Below, one piece after another: positions 1 through 9,252 of a DNA stretch of 64,000 nt (positions are counted from its first letter, which is position 1; every line of letters begins with the position of its first letter). The notes under the pieces are model-generated. The model worked only from the letters and a program-made list of their open reading frames with translations, did not search any database and was not told the DNA's origin. Both the position numbers and the translations under genes were made by a program. The stretch is from Anaeromyxobacter sp. GTDB taxonomy: Bacteria > Myxococcota > Myxococcia > Myxococcales > Anaeromyxobacteraceae. The stretch covers positions 448,001-512,000 of the forward strand of contig JASGJN010000026.1 in assembly GCA_049840735.1 (NCBI GenBank), read 5' to 3'.

Positions 1-853
1 CGCCACGCCCTGCGCCACGCCAGCGTGCCGGTGGTGGCCACCTTCCACGCCAACGCCGAGCGCGAGGTCCCGCTGCAGCGGCTGCTGCGCCGCTTCGCGG
101 CCGGCGGCCTCGCGCGCATCGCCTTCGGCGTGGCGGTTCTCGCTCCAGGCCAAGCGCTTCTCCCGCACGATCTTCCGCGGCCGGACCGCGGTCATCCCCA
201 ACGGCGTGGACCTGTCCCGCTTCCACGCCGCGGTGGAGCGCGCCGGGGACGAGCCGCATCCGCACGGCCCGCCGGAGGTCCTCTTCGTGGGCCGCTACGG
301 CGAGCCGCGCAAGGGGCTGGCGGTGCTGCTGGACGCGGTGGCCCACCTGCACGCGCAGGGGCGGCCGGTGAGGACGCTGGTGGTGGGCGAAGGCCCCACC
401 GAGCGGTTCGCGGCGCGCGCCGAGCGGCTGGGGGTCCGGTTCCTGGGCCGGCTCGACGACGACGCGCTGGCCGCCCGCTACCGCGCCGCCGACGTGTTCT
501 GCGCCCCGTCCACCGGCGGCGAGAGCTTCGGGATGGTGCTGGTGGAGGCCATGGCCGCCGGCTGTCCGGTGGTGGCCAGCGACCTCCCCGGCTACGCCGA
601 GGCGGCGCGCGGCGCGGCGCTGCTGGCGCGCACCGGCGAGCCGGTCGCGCTGGCGGAGGCGCTCTGGCGCGCGTGCCAGGATCGCGCCCTGCGCGAGCGG
701 CTGGTGGTGCGCGGGCGGGCCCGCGCCGACGCGCTCTGCTGGACGCGCGTGGCCGCGCGCGTGCTCCACATCTACCAGCACGTCGTCGCGGCGCCGCTGC
801 CGGTCCAGCCGGAGCCCGCCGCGGCGCCCTCGCCCACCCGGCGGACCGCATGA
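1..853 (+). CDS. GT4 glycosyltransferase, PimA-like (5' end outside window; apparent +1 frameshift at ~137)
   Basis: Frame 1 reads VPVVATFH. After removing one T at GGTTCTC (135-141) it continues AVSLQAKRF..VIPNGVDL into ORF 206..853, which has LFVGRYGEPRKG and GGESFGMVLVEAMAAG (GT4 EX7E motif). Confidence 0.85.
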   Translation, partial: ATPCATPACRWWPPSTPTPSARSRCSGCCAASRPAASRASPSAWRFSLQAKRFSRTIFRGRTAVIPNGVDLSRFHAAVERAGDEPHPHGPPEVLFVGRYGEPRKGLAVLLDAVAHLHAQGRPVRTLVVGEGPTERFAARAERLGVRFLGRLDDDALAARYRAADVFCAPSTGGESFGMVLVEAMAAGCPVVASDLPGYAEAARGAALLARTGEPVALAEALWRACQDRALRERLVVRGRARADALCWTRVAARVLHIYQHVVAAPLPVQPEPAAAPSPTRRTA

Positions 854-1560
854 GCGATCCCAGCTTCCCCCGCACCTGGCGGCAGAAGGCCGTGCTGATC
901 CCCATGGCCCGGACCCTCAAGCTCTGGTACCGGCCCCGCGTCCACGGGCTGGAGTCGGTCCCGGCCGACCAGCCGGTGATCTACGTCGCCAAGCACCCGC
1001 GCACGTTCCTCTACCTCGAGGTCATCGTCCTCGGCCTGCTCACCTTCTGGGACGGCGACCGGCGCCCCTTCCGCCCCATGGAGAAGCGCGGCACCTCGCT
1101 CCACAAGGTGCCCGGGCTGGCCTGGATCCGCCGGCACGTCGGCACCATCGAGGCCACCGAGGAGGCGGCGCTGGCCGCGCTCCGCGGCGGCGAGTCGGTG
1201 CTGGTCTTCCCGGGCGGCGCGCGGGAGCTGTACGGCCCGGCCGACCAGGTGGACTGGGGCGGGCGGCGCGGCTACGCGCGCATCGCGGCGCAGGCGCAGG
1301 CGCCGGTGGTGCCGCTGGCCATCGGCGGCGCCGACCAGCAGCACCCGCTGCGGCTGCCGCTGGGCCGGCGCGGCTCGCTCTGGCTCCCGCCGGTGCCGCT
1401 GCCGGTGCCGCTCGACTTCTGGTTCGGCCAGCCCATGCGCCCGCCCGCCGCCGGGGACGAGCTGGCGGTGAGGGCCTTCGCCGACGACGTGGCCGGCTGC
1501 ACGCAGGACCTGCTCGACCGCGCCGTGCTGGGCCGCCGCAAGCCCTGGAGCCTGACGTGA
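850..1560 (+). CDS. Lysophospholipid/PlsC-superfamily acyltransferase
   Basis: ATG at 850 overlaps the upstream stop (ATGA). Motifs VHGLESVP, VIYVAKH, VLVFPGGARE, PVVPLAI, FGQP. The N-terminal part of the track ORF 25..1560 is shadow sequence. Confidence 0.8.
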   Translation: MSDPSFPRTWRQKAVLIPMARTLKLWYRPRVHGLESVPADQPVIYVAKHPRTFLYLEVIVLGLLTFWDGDRRPFRPMEKRGTSLHKVPGLAWIRRHVGTIEATEEAALAALRGGESVLVFPGGARELYGPADQVDWGGRRGYARIAAQAQAPVVPLAIGGADQQHPLRLPLGRRGSLWLPPVPLPVPLDFWFGQPMRPPAAGDELAVRAFADDVAGCTQDLLDRAVLGRRKPWSLT

Positions 1561-2306
1561 CCGCCTCCCCGCCCGTCCGCCCCGAGATCCCGCGCATCGA
1601 CGACCGGGATCCCATCTACCGCCGCGGCATCCTCCCCTTCGCCTGGACCCTCTCGCGCTACCACCGCATGTCGATGCAGGGCGGGCCGCCGCCGGACGGC
1701 CCCTGCATCTACGTGATGCTGCACGGCGCAGGGTACCTGGTGCTGGACCTGGTGCTGGTCGGCTACTTCCTGCAGTGGAAGGGCTGGTTCGAGCGGGGCG
1801 AGCCGCACCGGCCCCTGCGCATCGTGGCGGCGCAGTCGAAGATCGAGCGGTTCCTGCCCGGCCTGCCGCGCCTCAAGGACGCGGTGGGGATCATCGGCAC
1901 CGACGAGGAGGCCTGCGCCGCCGTGCTGGAGCGCGGCGAGCAGCTGCTCATCACGCCGGGCGGCATGCGCGAGGCGCAGCCGGCGCGCGACTTCTACCGC
2001 CTGCGCTGGGAGGGGCGGTACGGGTTCGTGCGCCTGGCGCTCCGCACCGGCGTGCCCATCGTGCCGGTGGCGGTGGTGGGCGGCGCCGAGGCGTACCCCG
2101 GTTTCCGGCTGAAGAAGCTCTCCTTCTGGTCCCCGGTGCCGCTGCCCGCGCGGCTCGACATGGCCATGGGCGAGCCCATCGCCGTGCCGCACCAGCCGGA
2201 CCGCGCCCGCGAGCTCGCGGTGGTGAAGCCCATCCACGCGCTGGCCTGGCAGCGGACGCAGGCGCTCTACGACCGGCTCACGGCGGAGCGGGGCCGGCGC
2301 CGGTGA
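1557..2306 (+). CDS. Second lysophospholipid acyltransferase family protein
   Basis: GTGA overlap with upstream gene. Motifs PCIYVMLH, LLITPGGMRE, GFVRLALRTGVPIVPV, MGEPI. Confidence 0.8.
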   Translation: MTASPPVRPEIPRIDDRDPIYRRGILPFAWTLSRYHRMSMQGGPPPDGPCIYVMLHGAGYLVLDLVLVGYFLQWKGWFERGEPHRPLRIVAAQSKIERFLPGLPRLKDAVGIIGTDEEACAAVLERGEQLLITPGGMREAQPARDFYRLRWEGRYGFVRLALRTGVPIVPVAVVGGAEAYPGFRLKKLSFWSPVPLPARLDMAMGEPIAVPHQPDRARELAVVKPIHALAWQRTQALYDRLTAERGRRR

Positions 2307-2989
2307 CCGCGCCGCGGGTGCGCATCGCCAGCGACTGGCACCTCGCGCCGGGCAGCCCGCCGCTCCACGCCCGGCTGGCCCGCGCCTTCCTGGAGCAGGC
2401 GCGCGCCGACGGCGCGGCGGTGATCCTCAACGGCGACGTCTTCGACGACCTGTTCGCCGGCGCGGGCCGGGGCGAGGCGGCCCACCCCGAGGTGGTCGCG
2501 GCGCTGGACGCGCTGCGGGCCGACGGGCGGCTCACCCGCACCTGCGGCAACCACGATCCCGGCGCCGGCGAGCCGCGCGCGGTGCTGGACTGGCCGGGGC
2601 TGGGGCGGGTGCTGGTGGAGCACGGCCACCGCGCCGATCCGGTCAACAGCTCGCCGCTGGGCCGGCTGGGCGACGGCATCTCGCGCCGCTTCGGCCGGCT
2701 GGGCGTGGTGCGCGGCGCGGCCTGGCTGGCGGAGCAGGCGGCGCGGGCGGTGGCCGGGGAGCGGCTGGTGCGGGTGTTCAGGGCCCGCTGCCTCGCCCGG
2801 GTGGAGCGCGAGGGCTTCGCGCTGGGCGTCTTCGGGCACGTGCACGCGGCGCACCTGGCGCCGGGCGACCGCTACGCCAACGCCGGGTCGCTGCGCGGGG
2901 AGGCGCTGGAGTACCTGGAGCTGGGTCCGGGCGGGCCGCGCCTGGGGCTGCTCCGGGCGGCCGACCTGGGGCCAGACGGCACCGCCTGA
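2303..2989 (+). CDS. Calcineurin-like metallophosphoesterase (LpxH-like)
   Basis: GTG at 2303 overlaps the upstream stop. All metallophosphoesterase motifs are present: SDWH, NGDVFD, GNHD, HGH, GHVH, NAGS. Confidence 0.8.
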   Translation: MTAPRVRIASDWHLAPGSPPLHARLARAFLEQARADGAAVILNGDVFDDLFAGAGRGEAAHPEVVAALDALRADGRLTRTCGNHDPGAGEPRAVLDWPGLGRVLVEHGHRADPVNSSPLGRLGDGISRRFGRLGVVRGAAWLAEQAARAVAGERLVRVFRARCLARVEREGFALGVFGHVHAAHLAPGDRYANAGSLRGEALEYLELGPGGPRLGLLRAADLGPDGTA

Positions 2990-3061
2990 GCGGGCGGTCA
3001 GGGCATACAATGCGCCGCGCCGGGAAGCCTGGCCGGCTCGACGACAAGGACACCCCGGACG

Positions 3062-5533
3062 ATGTCGCTCTCCGAACGCTGGGTCCGCTTCGCGGACCGC
3101 CGCCGCCGCCCGCTCCTCCTGGCCTGCACCGCGGTCGCGCTGCTGGGGCTCCTGGGCACGATCCACCTCTACGCGGACCTGCGCCCGGACCTCTCCGAGC
3201 TGCTCCCGGCCAACAGCCGCAGCGCGCTGGACCTGGCGGCGGTCACCGCCCGCGTGGGCGGCTACGCCGAGCAGACGGTGATCCTCTCCGGCCCGGATCC
3301 GATGGCGCTGCAGCTCCTGGCGGACGACCTGGCCGACCAGCTGGCCCAGGCCCCGCGCAGCCTGGTGAAGGGCGTCGAGTACCGGGTGGACGAGGTGCGC
3401 GACTTCTACCTGCCGCGCCTGCTCCTCTTCCTCTCGCAGCCGGACCTGGAGGCGCTGCGCGACCGGCTGGCGGCGCGCATCGCCTGGGAGCGCGACCAGG
3501 CGGCGGGGCGCGCCGCGGGGCCGGCCCCGGACGTCGAGGGGCTGCTGAAGCAGCTGGCCGGCGACCGGCAGGACCTGGTGGGCCGGTTCCCGGACGGCTA
3601 CGTGATGGGGAAGGTGCCGGGGCGCGAGCCGGGCCAGGAGATCACCGCGCTGGCCATGGTGGTCCGGCTGGCGGCGCCGCCCGACGACTACGGCGCGGTC
3701 ACCGCGCTGGACCGCGAGGTGCGCGCGGCCATCGCGCGGGTGGAGCCGGCGCAGCGGCAGGGGATCGAGATCGGCTTCGGCGGCTACGTCACCTCCAGCA
3801 TCCTGGAGCACGACGCGCTGGCCGAGGACCTGGTGTGGGCCACGCTGCTGGTGCTGGCGGCGGTGGCGGCGGCGGTGGCCGTCTACAACCGGACCTGGAA
3901 GGCCGTCTTCGCGGTGGGCGCCCCGCTGCTGGCCGGCACCTTCGTGACCTTCGGCGTGGCCGACCTGGTGGTGGGTCACCTCAACTCCAACACCGCCTTC
4001 CTGGGCTCGATCGTGGTCGGCAACGGCATCAACGTCGGGCTGATCCTGTTCGCGCGCTACCTGGAGGAGCGGCGCCACGGCCAGGCGCCGCTGCCGGCCA
4101 TGATCACCGCGGTGGAGGCCAGCTGGCTGGCCACGCTCACGGCGGCGCTGGCCGCCGGCGCGGCCTACGGCTCGCTCCTCTCCACCGACTTCCGCGGCTT
4201 CAACCAGTTCGGGCTGATCGGCGGCCTGGGCATGGCGCTGGCCTGGGTCTTCTCGTACGCCATGACGCCGCCGCTGGTGCTGGCCTGGGAGCGGCGCTCG
4301 CCCATCCCGCGCCAGGGCCAGCGCCCCGCCCACCCCATCTTCACCCAGGCCATCTCCTGGGCGGTGGACCGCGCGCCCCGCGCCACCGCGCTGCTGGCCG
4401 CGCTGGTCACGGCCCTCTCGGTGGTGGCGGTGGTCCGCTTCGCCCGCGATCCCATCGAGCACGACTTCCGCAAGCTGCGCGACCAGCACGCGGCCGACCC
4501 GGGCGGCCCGGCCTGGTGGGACGAGCGGGTGGACCGGATCCACGGCGGACACCTGACGCCCACGGTGCTGCTGGCCCGGGACGAGGCGGAGGCGCGGGCC
4601 ACCGCGCGCGCGCTGGAGGCGCACCGCAAGGCCACGCCGGGTACGCTGCTGGGGCAGGTGATCTCGGTGGACGCGCTGGTGCCGGAGGGGCAGGCCGGGA
4701 AGCTGCCGGTGATCGCGCAGATCCGGGCGCTGGCCACGCCGGCGAACCTGGCCTTCCTGGCCCCGGACCGCCGCATGGCGGTGCAGAAGGTGATCCCGCC
4801 GGCGGACCTGCGCCCCTTCGGCGTGGCGGACCTGCCGGAGGCGCTGCGGCGCCCGCTCACCGAGGTGGACGGGCGCGCCGGCACGCCGGTGCTGGTCTAC
4901 GCGGCCCCCTCGCTCGACAACTGGGACGGGCGCCAGGTGACGGCCTTCGCGCGCGAGCTGCGCGCCGTGGCGCTGCCGCGGGCGGACCTCCCCATGGCCA
5001 GCTCCATGCTGGTCTTCGCCGACGTGCTGGAGGCCATCGAGCAGGACGGCCCGCGCGCCACGCTGCTGTCGCTGGCCGGCGTGGTGCTGCTGGTGCTGGT
5101 GGCCTTCGGGCTGGGGAAGCGCTCGGTCCGCTCCCTCTCCGACGCGGGCTGGGTGCTGGCCTCGCTGGGCGTGGGCGTGCTCTGGTTCGGCGGCCTGGCC
5201 GGCGCGCTCCAGCTGAAGCTCAACATGCTCAACTTCATCGCCCTGCCCATCACCTTCGGCATCGGCGTGGACTACGCGACCAACGTCTTCCAGCGCCGCC
5301 GGCTCGACCACGCCGGCTCCATCGCCGACGTGATCCGCACCACCGGCGGCGCGGTGGCGCTCTGCTCGCTCACCACCATCATCGGCTACGCCTCGCTGCT
5401 CATCGCGCGCAACCAGGCGCTGATCTCCTTCGGCCTGCTGGCGGTGCTGGGCGAGGTGGCCTGCCTGGCGGCGGCGCTGCTGGCGCTGCCGGCGGTGCTC
5501 CGCTGGTACGAGCAGCGGCGGCGCGGAGGCTGA
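3062..5533 (+). CDS. MMPL/RND-family lipid transporter
   Basis: 823 aa, two repeats of (1 TM + large loop + 5 TM). Motifs GNGINVGLIL and ITFGIGVDYA, plus TTIIGYASL. Confidence 0.85.
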   Translation: MSLSERWVRFADRRRRPLLLACTAVALLGLLGTIHLYADLRPDLSELLPANSRSALDLAAVTARVGGYAEQTVILSGPDPMALQLLADDLADQLAQAPRSLVKGVEYRVDEVRDFYLPRLLLFLSQPDLEALRDRLAARIAWERDQAAGRAAGPAPDVEGLLKQLAGDRQDLVGRFPDGYVMGKVPGREPGQEITALAMVVRLAAPPDDYGAVTALDREVRAAIARVEPAQRQGIEIGFGGYVTSSILEHDALAEDLVWATLLVLAAVAAAVAVYNRTWKAVFAVGAPLLAGTFVTFGVADLVVGHLNSNTAFLGSIVVGNGINVGLILFARYLEERRHGQAPLPAMITAVEASWLATLTAALAAGAAYGSLLSTDFRGFNQFGLIGGLGMALAWVFSYAMTPPLVLAWERRSPIPRQGQRPAHPIFTQAISWAVDRAPRATALLAALVTALSVVAVVRFARDPIEHDFRKLRDQHAADPGGPAWWDERVDRIHGGHLTPTVLLARDEAEARATARALEAHRKATPGTLLGQVISVDALVPEGQAGKLPVIAQIRALATPANLAFLAPDRRMAVQKVIPPADLRPFGVADLPEALRRPLTEVDGRAGTPVLVYAAPSLDNWDGRQVTAFARELRAVALPRADLPMASSMLVFADVLEAIEQDGPRATLLSLAGVVLLVLVAFGLGKRSVRSLSDAGWVLASLGVGVLWFGGLAGALQLKLNMLNFIALPITFGIGVDYATNVFQRRRLDHAGSIADVIRTTGGAVALCSLTTIIGYASLLIARNQALISFGLLAVLGEVACLAAALLALPAVLRWYEQRRRGG

Positions 5534-5538
5534 CCCGC

Positions 5539-5910
5539 TCAGCCCGGCGGGGCCCCGACCGCCGAGAGCGCCAGCTCCAGCTGCTCGCGCGAGAAGGGCT
5601 TCTCCAGGAACGCCTGCGCGGTCGGGCGATCGGTCCCCCGCTCGGCGCTCATGGCGATGATGGGCACGCCCGCCAGGCGCGGGGTGCGCCGGATGCGTGC
5701 CACCAGGTCGTGGCCGGTCATGCGCGGCGTGTAGAGGTCCACCAGCACGGCGGCGGGCCGCGGGCCCCGGCCGAGCAGGTCCCACGCCTGCGCCCCATCC
5801 GCGGCGGCGGCCACGCGGAAGCCCGCCCGCTCGAGGAGCGCGCGGATCGCGCTGCGCATGCCCGGGTCGTCCTCGACCAGGAGGATGAGCCGGATGAGGT
5901 TCTGGTCCAC
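5539..5910 (-). CDS. Single-domain response regulator (CheY-like)
   Basis: ILLVEDD, VLVDLYTP, IIAMSA, FLEKPF. Probable GTG start at 5910. Confidence 0.8.
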   Translation of the reverse strand: MDQNLIRLILLVEDDPGMRSAIRALLERAGFRVAAAADGAQAWDLLGRGPRPAAVLVDLYTPRMTGHDLVARIRRTPRLAGVPIIAMSAERGTDRPTAQAFLEKPFSREQLELALSAVGAPPG

Positions 5911-6023
5911 GGCGGAAACCTGCACAGCCCCACGTCCCGCCGCGACCGGGCGCCCCGGGCGCGACGGGGCGTGAAACCTGGCCTCGCCGCGCGCAACGTT
6001 GCAGGGCGGAGGAGGAGGCCCGC

Positions 6024-8214
6024 ATGCAGAGCGGGGACCTGGGCAGGGAGGCGGGGACGGGGCTGGCCGGCGTGCTGCGCGGGCGGCGGCAGGCCATCGT
6101 GCAGGCCTGGGCCGAGGCGGCGCGCGCGGCCGGCGCGGGGCGGGGCCTGTCCCAGCCGGCGCTGGAGGACAACGTCCCCGAACCTGCTCGAGGCCATCAC
6201 GCAGCGGCTGGAGGGGCGCGACGACGGCGGCGCCTTCGGCAAGGGCACGGCGGAGGAGCACGCCGAGACGCGGCGCTCGCAGGGCTACGACCTGCGCCAG
6301 GTGGTGGACGAGTACGCGCTGCTCCGCCAGGTGGTGCTGCGCGAGGCGGGCGCGGCGGGGGCCCTGGGGGACGAGGCGGGGCTCCGGACGTTCTCGTGGA
6401 GCATCGACCAGGCGGTGGTCGAGGCGGTCGACGCCTTCATCGCGGGGCGCGACTCGACCCAGGCGGCGCTGGACCGGATCGCCTCCGCGGCCCTAGAGAG
6501 CCGTGACCGGCGCGAGCTGCTGCCCCGCCTGCTCGAGGCGCTCACCACCTCCTGCCCGGGCATCGACACCGCGGCCATCCTGATCCGCTCGGGTGATCGG
6601 CTGATCACCGAGGCGGCGACCGGGCTGGAGACGCCGGCCGGGGTGCCGCCCTACGCGGTCCGATGGGGCGAGGGGTTCGCCGGCTGGATCGCCGCGCACC
6701 GGGCGCCGCTCTCGGCGCGCGAGGCGGCCCAGGACCCGCGGGTGCGCAACCCGGCGGTGCGGCGGGCGGGCGTCCGCGCGCTGGTGGGCGTGCCGCTGAT
6801 CTTCCAGGACGAGGTGCTGGGCGTGGCGCACGTGGGCTCGCTCACCCGCCCGGAGATCGCGCGCGAGGAGCTGCAGCTGTTCCACGCCATGGTCGAGCGC
6901 GCGGCGCAGGGGATCGGCCTCCACCTGCTGCGCGAGCGGGCCGAGGCCTCCGCCGCGGCGCTCGCGCTGCGGGTCCGCCAGCAGGCGGCGGTCTCGGCGC
7001 TGGGGCGCGCGGTCCTGGCCCGCCGGCCGGTGGCGGAGGTGCTGGAGGAGGCGGCGCGCCGGGCGGCCGAGGCGCTGGAGGGGGACCTGGCCTACGTGAC
7101 CCGGCTCGAGCCGGACGGGCAGGCGGTGCGGATCGTGGCCGGGATGGGCTGGGCGCCGGACGTGGTGGGGACGGCGCTGCTCCCGGTGGGCACCGGCTCG
7201 CTGGCCGGCTACACGCTGCGCGCCCGCGCGCCGGTGGTGGTGGGCGACTACCCGCACGACGGGCGCTTCAGCCCCGCGCCGGTGCTGCTGCACCACGGCA
7301 TCGTGGCCGGCGTGACCGCGGTGGTGGAGCGGCGCGGCGCGGCCGAGCCGCTGGGCACGGTGGGGGTGTTCGCGCGCAGGCCGCGGGCCTGGGTGGAGGC
7401 GGACCAGCACTTCGTCCAGGCCATCGCGAACGCGGTGGCGGACGCGCTGGAGCACGACCGGCTGGACCAGGAGGCGCGCCGCGAGCTGCAGCTGCGCGAG
7501 GACGTGCTGGGGGTGGTCTCCCACGACCTGCGCGGCCCGCTGGGCGTGATCCGCATCGGCCTGGCGGTGGTGGCGCGCTCGCTCTCCGGGCAGGCGGCGG
7601 CCGACGCCCGGCGCTCCTTCGCGGCGGTGGAGCGGGCCGTGGGCCGGATGGAGCGGCTGATCCGCGACCTGCTGGACATGGCCCGGATCCGCGCCGGCCG
7701 GGTGGTGGTGGCGCGCCGCCCCGAGGACCTGGCCGCGCTGGTGGAGGAGGCGGTGGCCGGCCTGGTGGCCGCGGCGCAGGAGAAGGGCGTGGCGCTGCAC
7801 GGGGCGGCCCCGGGCGGCGTGACGCTGGCCTGCGACCGCGACCGCATGCTGCAGGTGCTCGACAACCTGCTGGCCAACGCCGTCCGCTTCACCCCGGCGG
7901 GCGGGCGCGTGGCGCTGGACGCCGGCGCGGGGCCGGAGGGCGTGTGGCTGACCGTCACCGACACCGGGCCGGGCATCCCCGCCGCCGACCTGCCGCTGAT
8001 CTTCGAGCCGTACTGGTCGCGCCCGGGGCGGACGGCGGGGCAGGGGACCGGGCTCGGGCTCTACATCACCCGGGCGCTGGTGGAGGCGCACGGCGGCACC
8101 ATCCGGGCCGAGGCGGCGCCTGGCGGCGGCGCGCGCTTCACGCTGCAGCTGCCTACTGCGGGTCCGCCGAGGGAGGCGCCGCCGCCCGCGCCCGACGCCG
8201 CGCCCGCCAGGTGA
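6024..8214 (+). CDS. Cytoplasmic sensor histidine kinase: RsbRD_N-like domain + 2 GAF + HisKA/HATPase (apparent frameshift ~6180)
   Basis: ORF 6024 (LRGRRQAIVQAW..LEDNVP) joins the 3010-frame (LLEAI..HAETRRSQGYDLRQVVDEY). H-box VSHDLRGPL, N-box NLLANAVRFT, DTGPGI, GTGLGLYI. Confidence 0.85.
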
Positions 8215-8785
8215 GCCCGGCGGCCGCGGCCAGGGCCGCCGCGACGGCCAGCGCCGGCCAGGCGGCCTGCAGGGCCTCGGCCCCGCCCAGCCGCTCGTAG
8301 CCCGCGCCCAGCGCCCAGCCCAGCCAGAAGTAGAGCGTGGCCCAGATCAGCCCGGCCGCCGTGGTGCCGACCAGGAACGTGGAGCGCGGCAGCCGGAGCG
8401 CGCCGGCCACCACGGTCATGACGATCCGCAGCCCCGGGATGAGCCGGCCCACCACCACCGCCAGCCAGCCCCGCCGCGCCAGCCAGCCCTCCAGCCGCGC
8501 CTCGCGCGCCTCGGTATAGCCGAAGCGGCGGGCGACCTTGAGGATGAGCGGCCGGCCGGCGTGGCGCGAGAACAGGTAGAGCGCTGCGGCGCCGAGCACC
8601 GTGGCGGAGGTGACGACGGCCGCGGTGGGGAGGAAGGCGGCGCGCCCCTGCTGCGCCATGAACCCCATGGCGGCGATGAACAGGTCGCCTGGGAGCGGCA
8701 GGGGGACGCCCGCCTCCTCGATCAGGATGACGGCGAACAGCCCCGCGTAGTGCCAGCGGGCGAGGAAGTCGGCGGGGCTCTGCAC
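8153..8785 (-). CDS. DedA family membrane protein
   Basis: IEEAGVPLPLPGD and GRLIPGLR motifs. Probable GTG start at 8785. Confidence 0.85.
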   Translation of the reverse strand: MQSPADFLARWHYAGLFAVILIEEAGVPLPLPGDLFIAAMGFMAQQGRAAFLPTAAVVTSATVLGAAALYLFSRHAGRPLILKVARRFGYTEAREARLEGWLARRGWLAVVVGRLIPGLRIVMTVVAGALRLPRSTFLVGTTAAGLIWATLYFWLGWALGAGYERLGGAEALQAAWPALAVAAALAAAAGLTWRARRRARAAAPPSADPQ

Positions 8786-8940
8786 CTGCCATCCATGCCA
8801 CAGGGCGCCGGGTGCGCGGAAGGGCGGGGGGTGGGCTGCCTGGCCCCGGCCCGACCGCGACCTCGCGAGCGGCTGCCCCGCCGCCCGGCCCCCCAATCCC
8901 CGGCCTTGGCGCCCGGCCCGTCCCTGCCCACCCCTTTCGC

Positions 8941-9252
8941 ATGGCCGCTGCGTCGCAGGGATGGCACGAGTCGGAGGCGCTGCTCGACGGGCGCACGCGG
9001 GATCTGCACCGCGCCATCGTCTCGCTGCAGGAGGAGCTGGAGGCGGTGGACTGGTACCAGCAGCGGATCGACGCCACCCAGGACCCGGAGCTGAGGGCCA
9101 TCCTGGCCCACAACCGCGACGAGGAGAAGGAGCACGCCATGATGCTGCTGGAGTGGATCCGGCGGCACGACGTGGGCTTCGCGCGGCAGGTCAAGCTCCA
9201 GCTCGGCCACGCCGGCCCCATCGCCGCCGAGAAGGACGAGGAGGAGGGATGA
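8941..9252 (+). CDS. Encapsulated ferritin-like protein (EncFtn/Flp), 103 aa
   Basis: DLHRAIVSLQEELEAVDWYQQR..AILAHNRDEEKEHAMMLLEWIRR is the characteristic EncFtn sequence. It lies directly upstream of an encapsulin. Confidence 0.93.
   Translation: MAAASQGWHESEALLDGRTRDLHRAIVSLQEELEAVDWYQQRIDATQDPELRAILAHNRDEEKEHAMMLLEWIRRHDVGFARQVKLQLGHAGPIAAEKDEEEG

Noticed and set aside
3010..8214. 1734-aa giant histidine kinase ORF
   Set aside because: Only the part after ~6180 is real. The upstream portion is an alternate frame of the MMPL gene and the antisense response regulator.
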